Positions 50,956 through 60,865 are shown, numbered from the stretch's first letter. The stretch: 64,000 nucleotides of DNA from Leptospiraceae bacterium (GCA_040217195.1 JAVJNR010000005.1:1-64000), one strand, 5' to 3'. Numbers and translations are program-made. Notes: a model not told the origin generated them from the sequence alone.

Positions 50956-52290
50956 ATGGTCGCTAAAATAGGTTTTTTACTATCGGTTTACTCGATCCTG
51001 GCTTTATTACCTCCTTCACTGGAAGCGGAGCCCACACGTCAAAGCCTGGAAACTCGCCGGGAATTTCTGAATACTCATCAAATCATGGGTTTAACGACTC
51101 TGGGACTGTGGCTTGCCACCAACCTGGTGGGTGATGAAGCGAAGGAAAGCCTGTACAGCTCGGCGGATGAGCAGGCCAGGTTTTTGCTTCTGGCCAATCC
51201 AGGATATTCGAACGATCCATTGTATTATCTGGCGATTCAGGAACCCGGTCCTCGGAGTTTTACCGCTGAATATTTTCTGTCCCGTGATCCAACAAACAAT
51301 GCAGCTCTGTACCTGGCTTTGAAATCCCAGGAGGAGTGGAAATCAAGGAAGTCGGCAAACATGCATCGCACTCTGGCCTACGCAACCTTTGCCTCTTATG
51401 CGATTACGGCCGGTCTAGCCTACTTTGCACCGGAAGGAGTAAAAAGCGATGAGCCAGGTATCGATAGCATTTTTTTCCACAAAGCAATGATACCGTTTCA
51501 TCTGGCAGCCATGTTAATGCTGCCAAAGCTAGGCGAAGAAATTGAGCACAGGGGCCCGTCCGCGGCTGAAGATATGGAACATGTGGGATGGGCCGGCTTT
51601 GGGGCCCTGTCCATTGCTTTTTTTACTATTACATTCGAGAAGGACCATGATTGCCGGCCCTTCAGATCAGGAACTTGTAACTCCGTATTTGCGGTAAATT
51701 TAGCCTGCATCCAGGCCAGGAGAAACTCTGTGAAAAAACTATCGACTATCTTAATTCTAGCCCAGGTGCAACTATTTCTGTTCGTGCCCTCCATCCTTTG
51801 GGCGAAACACCCTTTGTCCTCCAGCATCCGATTTGTTGTGGAACATCCGCTTAAGACTGTAGAAGGAAAATGTCAGAGAATTCAAATTTCGGATCTGAAT
51901 TACTCGCTGCAGGATGGATTTCGGCTCCTGGCTCCATTTTCAGTTACAATAGAATACAGGGATTTGAAAACCGGAAATGCTAACCGGGATTCCCATATGA
52001 TGGAAGTGCTTGGATTTCCAGATCATCGCTCCGTGGTTGCAAACATCAGTGAAGCAAAACCATCCGGTACCAATCTGCTAATCTCTGGCAGTTTGACCAT
52101 CAATGGAGTGAGCCAACCATTTCAGACCACTGCCAGATTCCACCGGCAGGGTGCCAAAAAAGACAGTGTGATTATCCAGGGAAATACATGGGTGGTCTTA
52201 TCTCAATTCAAGGTGCCCGAGACATCGCTTCTGGGTATGAGCATTGATGACCGGGTGCAGGTGTTCTATCAATTTTTTCTAGGGCCTTGA
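50956..52290 (+). CDS. In-frame fusion: His-rich four-TM (cytochrome b561-like) protein plus YceI-like protein with its own GTG at 51730
   Basis: TM helices with THQIMG, MHRTLA, FHKAM..FHL; then AGGAG plus GTG, signal peptide, LKTGNANRDSHM, GSLTINGV; ORF extends to 50866. Confidence 0.75.
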   Translation: MVAKIGFLLSVYSILALLPPSLEAEPTRQSLETRREFLNTHQIMGLTTLGLWLATNLVGDEAKESLYSSADEQARFLLLANPGYSNDPLYYLAIQEPGPRSFTAEYFLSRDPTNNAALYLALKSQEEWKSRKSANMHRTLAYATFASYAITAGLAYFAPEGVKSDEPGIDSIFFHKAMIPFHLAAMLMLPKLGEEIEHRGPSAAEDMEHVGWAGFGALSIAFFTITFEKDHDCRPFRSGTCNSVFAVNLACIQARRNSVKKLSTILILAQVQLFLFVPSILWAKHPLSSSIRFVVEHPLKTVEGKCQRIQISDLNYSLQDGFRLLAPFSVTIEYRDLKTGNANRDSHMMEVLGFPDHRSVVANISEAKPSGTNLLISGSLTINGVSQPFQTTARFHRQGAKKDSVIIQGNTWVVLSQFKVPETSLLGMSIDDRVQVFYQFFLGP

Positions 52291-52530
52291 TCAGTCAGGG
52301 AATTCCAGATTCATTGTTTCAATAACAGTGCTCCCACCGGCGGCAATTCAGGCAGGGAGAGTCGATTCCAATGCAACCTGGATGAATTACGGCTTCTGCA
52401 GGATTGAAATTTCCAGGGAATTAATGCCTTCAGAGTAATCTCCGGACTGTACCCCGGAATAAGGAAATTTGCTTTTATTTATTTCTCAAAACTGATTCCA
52501 TGGCAACCGGTGCCCGGGTATTTCTTCTGT

Positions 52531-52561
52531 GCAAAAGCGAATCCATTGCCTTCGCTTTTGC
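52531..52561. repeat. 11-bp inverted repeat with 9-nt spacer upstream of the DUF1554 gene
   Basis: GCAAAAGCGAA-N9-TTCGCTTTTGC. Confidence 0.65.
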
Positions 52562-52652
52562 CTTTGATCTGCAAGATTTTCATTTGCCGGGTGTCAGGCT
52601 GACAAGTTCGGCTGTGTGACGAGGCCCAGAAATACAGATTCAAAAGAGGTTC

Positions 52653-53324
52653 ATGTTGATGCAATTCTATAAGAGAAAGTTCCTGACCACTATTGCGGTT
52701 GCAATATCCACCTTGATGCTATCAGCATCCTGCGAACAGCTGGGTCTGACCGAAGATGACGATGATACGGATCTACTGGTATTACTGGGTATAGCATTGA
52801 CTCCAGAGAGCTGCTCCGGGACCTGCAAGATGTTTCTTACTTCCTCTGTCCCTTCAAGAAACATTGGCCTTACCGGCCTGGACAATGTATGCAACTCCGA
52901 CGCAAACAAACCGTCCGGAAATATCGCATTTAAGGCCCTGGTTACACATTCCACAGACCGGATTGCCTGCACCACAGCCAACTGCAGCGGTGGTGTAAGT
53001 GAAAACGTAAACTGGGTACTCAAGCCGAACACTAAATACGTTAGATCTGATGGAACTACTGAGATATTTACGACCAACAGTAGCGGAATCTTTCCATTTG
53101 GGACTGCAAATGATGGTATTGTAGACCCCGCCACCAACGGCATTCCTACCGGGCTCCATATTGACTGGACGAACGATTTAAACTGTTCCGATTGGAGCGG
53201 AGCTGGCAGTTATGAGATCGGGGCTCCCGAGGAGCTTGGTGTAGACATGATATCTCTTGAGAGTCCGACAAGCTGCGGCAGCGATTTAAGTGGTATCCTC
53301 AGGCTTGCCTGCGTAGAACAATAG
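52653..53324 (+). CDS. DUF1554 (endostatin-like, Len-related) lipoprotein
   Basis: LSAS-C; CNSDANKP, FKAL, RIACTTANC, WVLKPNTKYVR, terminal LACVEQ. Confidence 0.88.
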   Translation: MLMQFYKRKFLTTIAVAISTLMLSASCEQLGLTEDDDDTDLLVLLGIALTPESCSGTCKMFLTSSVPSRNIGLTGLDNVCNSDANKPSGNIAFKALVTHSTDRIACTTANCSGGVSENVNWVLKPNTKYVRSDGTTEIFTTNSSGIFPFGTANDGIVDPATNGIPTGLHIDWTNDLNCSDWSGAGSYEIGAPEELGVDMISLESPTSCGSDLSGILRLACVEQ

Positions 53325-53499
53325 TCCCTTTGCCAATTGGCTCTAAAACAGCGCGCATCATCGCGCGCTAACTCCCGGGCCCCGGGCCCGGTGGAATGCT
53401 TCCCCGGCCCTTCCTGAATTATAATATGGGACGACAAAATGAGAGGATCGTGCTACGATATGCACCTTCCAGCGGCGAGGCTTTGCCCGGCAGAGAATC

Positions 53500-54237
53500 A
53501 TGAAGGAAAAAGCAGCTGAATCGTTACAAAATAAGTTCCCTTTTCGGGTATTAAAGACTCAGCGCCGTTCAAAATGGCACAGCCAGTTCTGGATTCGGGC
53601 ATTGCTGGTACCCCTTTGCCTGGTTTATCTGAGTTGTTATTCAATGTATGGAGTCAACAGCCGGGACTGTAGCCTGAACCTGAACTGTGGAGAAAACTGC
53701 CTATCATCACATAGTTCGCTGGTGATGGATAAAGAAGGCACGGTTCAGTTACTTGGATTCAACCTGAGAAAACGTGGTGAATCCGCCTGCGGGCTGGGAC
53801 TGGGCGGTCCCTGCTTCCTACCCCTCATCCCATTTCCAATCCTGGGTAGCTCTGATTCTGAGATTTCTATCACGGCTCTACCGGGTCCCCCGGAGAATCG
53901 GGTAACTTCTGTGGAGCTGATCAATTTGAACCATGCCACTATGGCCTATGACCTTTTTTTTGACGCAGGCTGGGATTATACATTGAAGCCACGTGGCGAA
54001 GGTCAGATTGCTCTGAAGGTTAATGAGAACTACCTTGATTTCTGGCTACCGGCAGATGGCTTAACTATTGAGGCCGTCCATTTCAATTTTGAGAATGGTG
54101 ACCGAATTTCCATGCATGATGTGAATCTTGAAGTAGAAACAAACTATGGATTGATCCTGGTTTTGCATCATAATGTAGCTACAGGTAACCCAAAGCAACG
54201 AATCGGGATTATTAGCGAACCATGCTTGCGACGGTAG
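53500..54237 (+). CDS. Cys-rich putative lipoprotein
   Basis: LCLVYLS-C; 245-aa ORF. Confidence 0.65.
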   Translation: MKEKAAESLQNKFPFRVLKTQRRSKWHSQFWIRALLVPLCLVYLSCYSMYGVNSRDCSLNLNCGENCLSSHSSLVMDKEGTVQLLGFNLRKRGESACGLGLGGPCFLPLIPFPILGSSDSEISITALPGPPENRVTSVELINLNHATMAYDLFFDAGWDYTLKPRGEGQIALKVNENYLDFWLPADGLTIEAVHFNFENGDRISMHDVNLEVETNYGLILVLHHNVATGNPKQRIGIISEPCLRR

Positions 54238-54376
54238 CAAGTTAGAAGTCTTCAGATAGGTTCTTGCCTGTTCAACGAATGGACAATTGGGCGGCTAACT
54301 GGATCTTCGAAATCCATGGAACTATCAATCAAGTATTGAACCGATCAAGAGCCAGAAGACCTAAAGGTTTATCTAA

Positions 54377-55237
54377 TTACCTGGCCACTTCGTTAATGAG
54401 TTTTCCCAGAAGCGAATCGTGGGTGGTTACAGACTTCTGGTTGGCTTCATACTGACGCTGAACCTCAATCATCTTGGTCATTTCCTGGACAATATTGACA
54501 TTGGAAGATTCCAGATAGCCCTGCATCACCAGTGGCTCCCGATCCGGCTGGAATTCCAGCATGGGTCCGGATTCAGGGGTTACAGAATAGAAGCTGCTGC
54601 CCTCTTTTACCAGGTGTCTGGGAAATTCTACGGTGCGAATCTTAATTCGATCCAGAAGCACCGGGTTTTCCCATTGATTGGATGTTTCGTTTACTGTGGT
54701 ATCCGGATCGTTTCCAATCTTACCGTTAATCCATACCTCGCCGTTTTCCTTAACAGTCCAGTTCCAGCGAGCCACTTGAATGGGACCATTTTCGCCCATC
54801 AGTCGATGACCATCGGAAGTAACCAGATAGCCATTCTTATCCATAATAAAAGAACCGTTTCGAGTTAGTTTTTCTCCACGATCTGTTTGAACCACAAAGA
54901 ATGCAGGAGACTTTTCGCCGCGGTCATCCAGCATAAGATCAAAAGGATTCCCTGTTGATTTTACGGCCCCCTGATCAAATCGCACAAAGTTCTCGTTGAA
55001 CTCCACTCCGGTGCCCAGCTTGCCAACCATGGGAGCCAGATCAAAGCCTCCCATGGGAACCGAGCCCATACCATCTTCTCTGGTTCTTTCCAGCAGCATT
55101 TCAGGGAAGGTCTTAAAAATTGCTTCTTCGGATTTGTAGCCAGTCTGGTCCACATTGGCCAGATTGTTTGCGATCACATCCATCTTTTCCTGGTTCATCA
55201 CCATACCGGTGGTGGCCGTGTAAATACCCCGTAGCAT
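54377..55237 (-). CDS. Flagellar rod protein of the FlgF/FlgG (FlhO-like) family
   Basis: [42 protein letters not shown]. Confidence 0.95.
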   Translation of the reverse strand: MLRGIYTATTGMVMNQEKMDVIANNLANVDQTGYKSEEAIFKTFPEMLLERTREDGMGSVPMGGFDLAPMVGKLGTGVEFNENFVRFDQGAVKSTGNPFDLMLDDRGEKSPAFFVVQTDRGEKLTRNGSFIMDKNGYLVTSDGHRLMGENGPIQVARWNWTVKENGEVWINGKIGNDPDTTVNETSNQWENPVLLDRIKIRTVEFPRHLVKEGSSFYSVTPESGPMLEFQPDREPLVMQGYLESSNVNIVQEMTKMIEVQRQYEANQKSVTTHDSLLGKLINEVAR

Positions 55238-55310
55238 GTTAAATGTATCGGCATTTTTCGAGGAAACGAAATGCTTGAATTTCTGGAAAAATAGCCGAAC
55301 TTAAAGCCAG

Positions 55311-56705
55311 GTGCAGATTCAAGGAAACATAGCCTCCACGGATCAGGACTACTTTCTAAGTCTGGGTGCGGGCCCAAACCAGGTACCTCTGATCGAGGCA
55401 GCCATTCGAAAAGGCCTTTCTGTTATTGCCGTAGACAAGAATCCTCTGGCTCCAGGATTTGAAAAAGCGGATCTACAACTTCATGCCAGCATACTCAAAC
55501 CATTCTGGATTTATCGAGCCATTGAAGAGCACTTCCCCCGAGGTCAGATCCGGGCTGCAGGTAGCAGAAGCTACGGCCCGGCTGTATTGAGCGCTGCCTA
55601 TCTTGCACGAAGATTTGGAGTGATTGGATCCAGCCCCCACTCTTTGATCAAGTTTCAGGATAAAAACCGACTGAAAACCTTTCTGGGCTCTCAGGGAATT
55701 TCAGTACCGGAGAGAATTCCCTGGAAACCCGGAAAAGATCCATCGGATGTACTGCGAAAAAGAGGAGTCTGGATTGCCCGGAGCGGCAAGGGATCGGCCA
55801 AGCAGGGAATCGATGTGCTCTCCAGTCATGAAGATAAAAGACTCTATCTAGAGAAGCATGCGAAAAAGAATCCTCAGAATCGATCGCTCTTCATTGAAAA
55901 GTACTACCAGGGCACCGAGTTCATTGTATACGGTTTTGTACTTAACGGAACCTTTCATTCCTTAACACTAACCGAGAAGGTAATCAGCGACTCAGAGCCC
56001 ATGTTTGCCGACCGTCGACATCTGTTTCCTGCACGTACCTCGGAAGAAAATGCAAGACTGATGGTACATACCTGCCAGAAGATTGTAGATCTCTGTAGAT
56101 ACGATAATGGACCTTTCTTTGCTGAATTCTTGATTCCTAAAAGAGGAAAGAATCCTAAACCGCTGCTTATAGAATGCCAGCCCGAGGTGGGCGGAGAATT
56201 TCTGGCGGATTCCCTGGTGCCGGAAATTCTTGAGATTAATTATTTCGATATGCTCATGGATTTGCTTACAGAAGGGCCGCAAAAAGCAGCAGAGCATCTT
56301 GTGCAATCTGGTATTGGCGTGGATCCGGAAAACCTCTCGCATATACTGAATCCCACACGCTCAGCAATCATCTCCTATCTTTTACCCAGCAAAGCCTCCA
56401 TTGAAGATCTTCGCATGCCTGTAAGCATGAAAGAAGACCCTTCCTTTGTATTTCTGGAACCGTTAAAGCCCAGGGGATACAGGATGGACCCTGCCAATGG
56501 AAATGCTGATCGCCCGGCTGCCTTTTTTCTGAGGGATACTATCGAACATCAGCAGGAATTGATTCGCAAAGCAGACCACTTTGAAAGTCAAATCCGGCTG
56601 ATACCCGCTGCCGAAGTCAGTGGCCGTCCCAAAAGAAGCCGAAAAAAAAAATCAGCTAAACGTGCCCTTGCCCTGAGTGTATCTCTTTGGAAACCACTAA
56701 TATAG
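55311..56705 (+). CDS. ATP-grasp domain protein
   Basis: LGAGPNQVPLI, FQDK, IEKYYQGTEF, GPFFAEF, LIECQPEVGG. Confidence 0.87.
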   Translation: MQIQGNIASTDQDYFLSLGAGPNQVPLIEAAIRKGLSVIAVDKNPLAPGFEKADLQLHASILKPFWIYRAIEEHFPRGQIRAAGSRSYGPAVLSAAYLARRFGVIGSSPHSLIKFQDKNRLKTFLGSQGISVPERIPWKPGKDPSDVLRKRGVWIARSGKGSAKQGIDVLSSHEDKRLYLEKHAKKNPQNRSLFIEKYYQGTEFIVYGFVLNGTFHSLTLTEKVISDSEPMFADRRHLFPARTSEENARLMVHTCQKIVDLCRYDNGPFFAEFLIPKRGKNPKPLLIECQPEVGGEFLADSLVPEILEINYFDMLMDLLTEGPQKAAEHLVQSGIGVDPENLSHILNPTRSAIISYLLPSKASIEDLRMPVSMKEDPSFVFLEPLKPRGYRMDPANGNADRPAAFFLRDTIEHQQELIRKADHFESQIRLIPAAEVSGRPKRSRKKKSAKRALALSVSLWKPLI

Positions 56706-57484
56706 AAGTCTGGAATCAGCATTATCTCAAACCGGAAAGCAAGCAATCCTATCCGGATGAATGTCTTGTACGTTTGATTCGCTCCCTTCCGGGGCCTGAC
56801 AATGCGCTAACTTCAAATCATGAAGCTTCAGATCCAGCATCATCGCAGGAATCTTCACAAGATCCTCAAGCTTCTCAAGCTTCCCTATCAGGTCCGACCT
56901 CCGAAACATCCAATGACTCATATTCCAACTCGGCCGGACCGGTATACTCAAAGGCAAAGTCTGGATATGCTCTGGATTTTGGATGCGGCTCGGGTCGCCA
57001 CATTCCACTTCTGCTGGAATCCGGATATCAGACCACAGGATGCGACTCCTCTATAAATGCGGTAGAGCATTGTAAGAAAACCTACAGTGCAAACTTTGCT
57101 GTATCCAGGGATCATAGCATTCCATCGTCTGGTGCAAAAGATGGATTATACGATGTCATAGTATGCTGGGGCGTCCTGCATTACATGCCTCCGACTCAGG
57201 CCAGGCGATTGTTGGCCGTTCTTTCAGAGTCTCTGAAACCTGGAGGCTATTTGCTGGGCACATTTAGAAAGGACTCGGATACTCACTTCAAATACTCGGC
57301 TGTGTCCGGATCCTCCATACAACTTGCATCGGAAAAGCAGCTTCAAAGTCTGCTTTCCGACCAGTTCTCCATTTATGAATATGGATTCATGGAGCGCACT
57401 GTTCTGGGAAAGCTGAATCAAGTCATAGCCCACTGGTTCTTTCGTGCCAGAAAGTCTGTGGAAGCAACGGACCGAAACATATAG
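56687..57484 (+). CDS. Class I SAM-dependent methyltransferase with a Ser-rich insert
   Basis: YPDE, ALDFGCGSGRH, WGVLHY, LKPGG. Confidence 0.9.
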   Translation: METTNIEVWNQHYLKPESKQSYPDECLVRLIRSLPGPDNALTSNHEASDPASSQESSQDPQASQASLSGPTSETSNDSYSNSAGPVYSKAKSGYALDFGCGSGRHIPLLLESGYQTTGCDSSINAVEHCKKTYSANFAVSRDHSIPSSGAKDGLYDVIVCWGVLHYMPPTQARRLLAVLSESLKPGGYLLGTFRKDSDTHFKYSAVSGSSIQLASEKQLQSLLSDQFSIYEYGFMERTVLGKLNQVIAHWFFRARKSVEATDRNI

Positions 57485-57709
57485 CGAAGATACAGACTGC
57501 TTTGCGAAACTATACGACAAAGACCTGCATGAGAGCGATTTAGTACAGGAAGCTCAGGAAGCTTAGGAGAATAGGAGAATAGGAATTCAAACCCGATTAG
57601 CTCAAGCATCATTTGATGGAAGGAATTCAGAATCGATTCGTTCCCGAACCATTGGATAAAAGATATCCATACCTGCACCAATGCCACTGCCCGAAAATGA
57701 GATACGAAT

Positions 57710-58606
57710 TTGCCCTTGAAAGAGATCAATAAGACTGAATTTACGGAAAGCTGTCCCATTTGCCAGGGCAGGATGCAAACTCTCTATTCCGTTAATCGAT
57801 TTTCACCTGCACTGGAAATCTGGTTCTGTGAATCCTGCGGATTGCAGCAAAATCGTACATTGCCTGCGGATCTTTCCACTCTTTACGATGAAGGATATTA
57901 TACCGGTACTGCCAGCTATACCTACGAAGATGAAAGAAAGCAGGAAGAGGCCAACGATATTGTATGGCAGGCCAGACTGAGAACTATAGCTAGAAGCAAA
58001 CCTGCACCGGCCCGGTTTCTAGATGTAGGTTGTTCCTTTGGAGGCTTTGTGGCAGCCGCAGAACGAGCTGGCTATACAGCCACCGGCCTGGATCTATCTG
58101 CTTTTGCGGTAAAGGAAGGCAAAAAGCGCGGTAGAAATCTGATTCAGGGATTCGTAGAACCACAGACCTTTGCTCCAGAGTCTTTTGATATCGTTTCTCT
58201 TATTGAGGTCATGGAGCATCTGCCAGATCCGAAAGAAGCAGCCCGAACACTGTCTGGCTGGCTGCGTCCCGGTGGTCTGGCTGTAATACAGACTGCCAAT
58301 TTCGATGGCAGACAGGCCCGCCGTCAGGGTTCAAACTATCATTATTATCTGCCCGGCCATCTGTATTACTACTCCGCCAGGAATTTGAAGAATCTTCTCA
58401 GACAGGCAGGCTTTTCCAGGTTCCGGCTATATCGTCCGGTGGATTTTTCCTTGAAAGCGAAGCTGCAAAAGATGCGCAAACAGGCAGAACCAGAGTCAGT
58501 TTCTGCTGGCCGACTGCTCCGTACATCGTTCTATCATATTCAGGGCTGGATATCTATGAAGGATTTTGCACTAACCAGTTCGATGGTGCTATACGCTTTC
58601 AAATAG
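57710..58606 (+). CDS. Class I SAM-dependent methyltransferase with a Zn-ribbon
   Basis: CPIC...CESC, LDVGCSFG, VMEHLPDP, HLYYYS. Confidence 0.92.
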   Translation: MPLKEINKTEFTESCPICQGRMQTLYSVNRFSPALEIWFCESCGLQQNRTLPADLSTLYDEGYYTGTASYTYEDERKQEEANDIVWQARLRTIARSKPAPARFLDVGCSFGGFVAAAERAGYTATGLDLSAFAVKEGKKRGRNLIQGFVEPQTFAPESFDIVSLIEVMEHLPDPKEAARTLSGWLRPGGLAVIQTANFDGRQARRQGSNYHYYLPGHLYYYSARNLKNLLRQAGFSRFRLYRPVDFSLKAKLQKMRKQAEPESVSAGRLLRTSFYHIQGWISMKDFALTSSMVLYAFK

Positions 58607-58652
58607 ACCTATTGATAGGCCAGCCCGTAAAACTGCCACGATATAGTATTGA

Positions 58653-59525
58653 TCAGGAGGAGCTGCCAAATACCTGGATCTTACGATCAGGATAGCCCAG
58701 GTAGTCCGGTAGTTTCAGACGTTCCTGCCCTTTTCCCAGATACTCTGGCTTCTGACCATCTACCAGGATTCGCACAGCTTTAACATTTGAGAACTGAAAA
58801 AGAGTAAAACAGATCTGGTGGATTCTGTCACGGATGATGCTTGCGCCCATACGATTTATTCCATCGTTCAGGTCCACGGTAATGACTCCTTCCTTCTCCA
58901 CCACGGAATGAATCTTAATACTTCGATCCACGGCTGTAAGCAAACCGGATTCCTGATCTCTGGGACCGGAACGAAGACTGTTCAGCAGATCCATATAGGT
59001 AATCCGGCTGCGGGCCGAACGGCTTACTCGGACAATTTGAGATGTACTACCATTGAACCGCAGGAAATAGAGATGATAGCTCTTTTGCGTGGGAGGTATT
59101 TCCAGCCTTTGATCGGACTGTAACTGTTCTGGACGAATGCTTCCATCCACTGCTGCAGGCCCTGGATCTTCCATCCTGGAATTCAAAATATCATCGATGG
59201 GCCTCTTAACCGGCACCAGGCGCTCATTGATGGCCTCACGGCCCTTCTCCACCCCATCCCGGACACCGTCCTCAGCTTCACCACGGATGGCTTCCTTCAC
59301 ACCTTTCAGCCGTTCTGTGGAGTTTTCCACACCGGACTCAATTCTTTCCTGGATCAGGGCGGCCGGTTGAGTAACGTCTGGAGTGGCAGCGCGCAGGTCT
59401 ATTTGTTCTGATGCCTGACGGTCCAGAAACACCAGAAGCAGCAAAATGCCGCCTAAAATTAAGATGGCCCGATTCTCCGCTTCAATGGGAGATGCGGGCC
59501 CCTGTCCACCTGTGCCCCGGCTCAT
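58653..59525 (-). CDS. Membrane-anchored GerMN-domain protein
   Basis: LRSGP...GLLTAV, VITVDLN, QICFTLFQFSNVKAVRILVDG. Confidence 0.88.
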   Translation of the reverse strand: MSRGTGGQGPASPIEAENRAILILGGILLLLVFLDRQASEQIDLRAATPDVTQPAALIQERIESGVENSTERLKGVKEAIRGEAEDGVRDGVEKGREAINERLVPVKRPIDDILNSRMEDPGPAAVDGSIRPEQLQSDQRLEIPPTQKSYHLYFLRFNGSTSQIVRVSRSARSRITYMDLLNSLRSGPRDQESGLLTAVDRSIKIHSVVEKEGVITVDLNDGINRMGASIIRDRIHQICFTLFQFSNVKAVRILVDGQKPEYLGKGQERLKLPDYLGYPDRKIQVFGSSS

Positions 59526-59582
59526 ATTTGATTATATTTTCGGCCAACCGGGGCCGATAATTCACGCCTTTCGAGAAAGATG

Positions 59583-59678
59583 TTACTTCATCTTTTTCTT
59601 ATGACGATTCATTTTACGCTTTTTCTTTCGCTTATGAGTGCGAATCTTTCTTGCTTTTCTTTTTCGACCCGAAGGCAT
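59583..59678 (-). CDS. 30S ribosomal protein bS22-like (AURKAIP1/COX24/mS38 family), 31 aa
   Basis: MPSGRKRKARKIRTHKRKKKRKMNRHKKKMK with AGGAG SD; below the ORF-track cutoff. Confidence 0.88.
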   Translation of the reverse strand: MPSGRKRKARKIRTHKRKKKRKMNRHKKKMK

Positions 59679-59707
59679 TCATTCTCTCCTGTGAGTTTTC
59701 CAGGCTG

Positions 59708-60865
59708 TTATTTGAGGTATTTCTGTAAAGTGGGATTTTGTTTCATGTCCTTGAGCAAACCCTTGATACCGTCCAGTTTTTCTCGGCTGGCCACAAAGAG
59801 AATGTCTCCTTCATCCACCACAATTACATCTTCTACACCCAGCAGGGCCACCAGCTTCTTTTCGCTTACTACAACGCTGTTTCTGGAGTCCTTTTGAACC
59901 AGATTCTGGCTTCCGGGGCCAACCAGAGTCAGACCATTGCTTTTAGGCTCCACAATTCTCTCCAGAGCTGTCCAGCTGCCCACATCATCCCAGTGAAACC
60001 GGGCCGGAACAACGCTGGCTCGTTTCGATTTTTCCATTATGGCAATGTCCACCGGTAGCTCAGGCACCCGGGGAAAGGCCTTTTTCAGAGCAGCTCCGGC
60101 CCCGGCCTTCTCCAGAGGTCCGATAATCGACGGAGCATGAGCCCTGAATTCATCGATGATCGTATCCAGAGACCAGATAAAAATTCCTGAATTCCATAGA
60201 TAACCCTTCTTCAGATATTGAAGTGCCGTTTTGGGATCTGGCTTTTCCTTGAAAGATTGCACATCAAAAACACCGCTCTGACTGGACTTCCCTCTCTGGA
60301 TATATCCGTAACCCGGATCCGGCCTGGTAGGAACGATTCCCAGGGTGATTAGCTTTCCGTCCTGGGCAGCTCGTATAGCGGTCTTCAAGGTATCTTTAAA
60401 CTTGTCCGGCGGATCAATGTAATGGTCCGCACTCATAACTACCATAGTGGCACCAGGATGTTTTTTCTGAAGCTGTAATGCTGCCAGTGCAATTATGGGG
60501 GCCGTGTTTCGCCCCATGGGTTCCACTACAAATTTCAGATTCAGCTCCGGATGGATCTTTTGTATGGTCTTCTTTAACTCAGAATTGCAGCCCACATATA
60601 TGTTGTTTGCGGAGGCCACCAGCCTGGCTCTTCGCACCGTCTCATCCAGCAATGTGCGATTGGAATATATCTTCTGTAATTGTTTCGGATGACTGGCTGT
60701 AGATTTGGGCCAGAATCTTTCGCCCTTACCGCCGGCCATAATCAGAACTACTACTTCAGAGGAAGTTCCTTTTTTCGATCCGGTCTTTTTTGCCGTAACG
60801 GTTGGCTTCTTTTTACTGGATGCCTTGCTCGAGGTTTTCTTCGAGGTCTTCTTATTCGTTGCCAT
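59708..60865 (-). CDS. manC: Mannose-1-phosphate guanylyltransferase
   Basis: MAGGKGERFWP, PKQL, EPMGRNTAP, SADH, FKEKP, WNSGIF, WDDVGSW. Confidence 0.95.
   Translation of the reverse strand: MATNKKTSKKTSSKASSKKKPTVTAKKTGSKKGTSSEVVVLIMAGGKGERFWPKSTASHPKQLQKIYSNRTLLDETVRRARLVASANNIYVGCNSELKKTIQKIHPELNLKFVVEPMGRNTAPIIALAALQLQKKHPGATMVVMSADHYIDPPDKFKDTLKTAIRAAQDGKLITLGIVPTRPDPGYGYIQRGKSSQSGVFDVQSFKEKPDPKTALQYLKKGYLWNSGIFIWSLDTIIDEFRAHAPSIIGPLEKAGAGAALKKAFPRVPELPVDIAIMEKSKRASVVPARFHWDDVGSWTALERIVEPKSNGLTLVGPGSQNLVQKDSRNSVVVSEKKLVALLGVEDVIVVDEGDILFVASREKLDGIKGLLKDMKQNPTLQKYLK

Noticed and set aside
57546..57590. Short duplications CAGGAAGCT x2 and TAGGAGAA x2
   Set aside because: Two-copy low-complexity intergenic repeats with no evident function
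59553..59897. Perfect GCCGATAA on the plus strand and ORF 59580..59897
   Set aside because: The ORF is the antisense shadow of bS22/manC and there is no good -35
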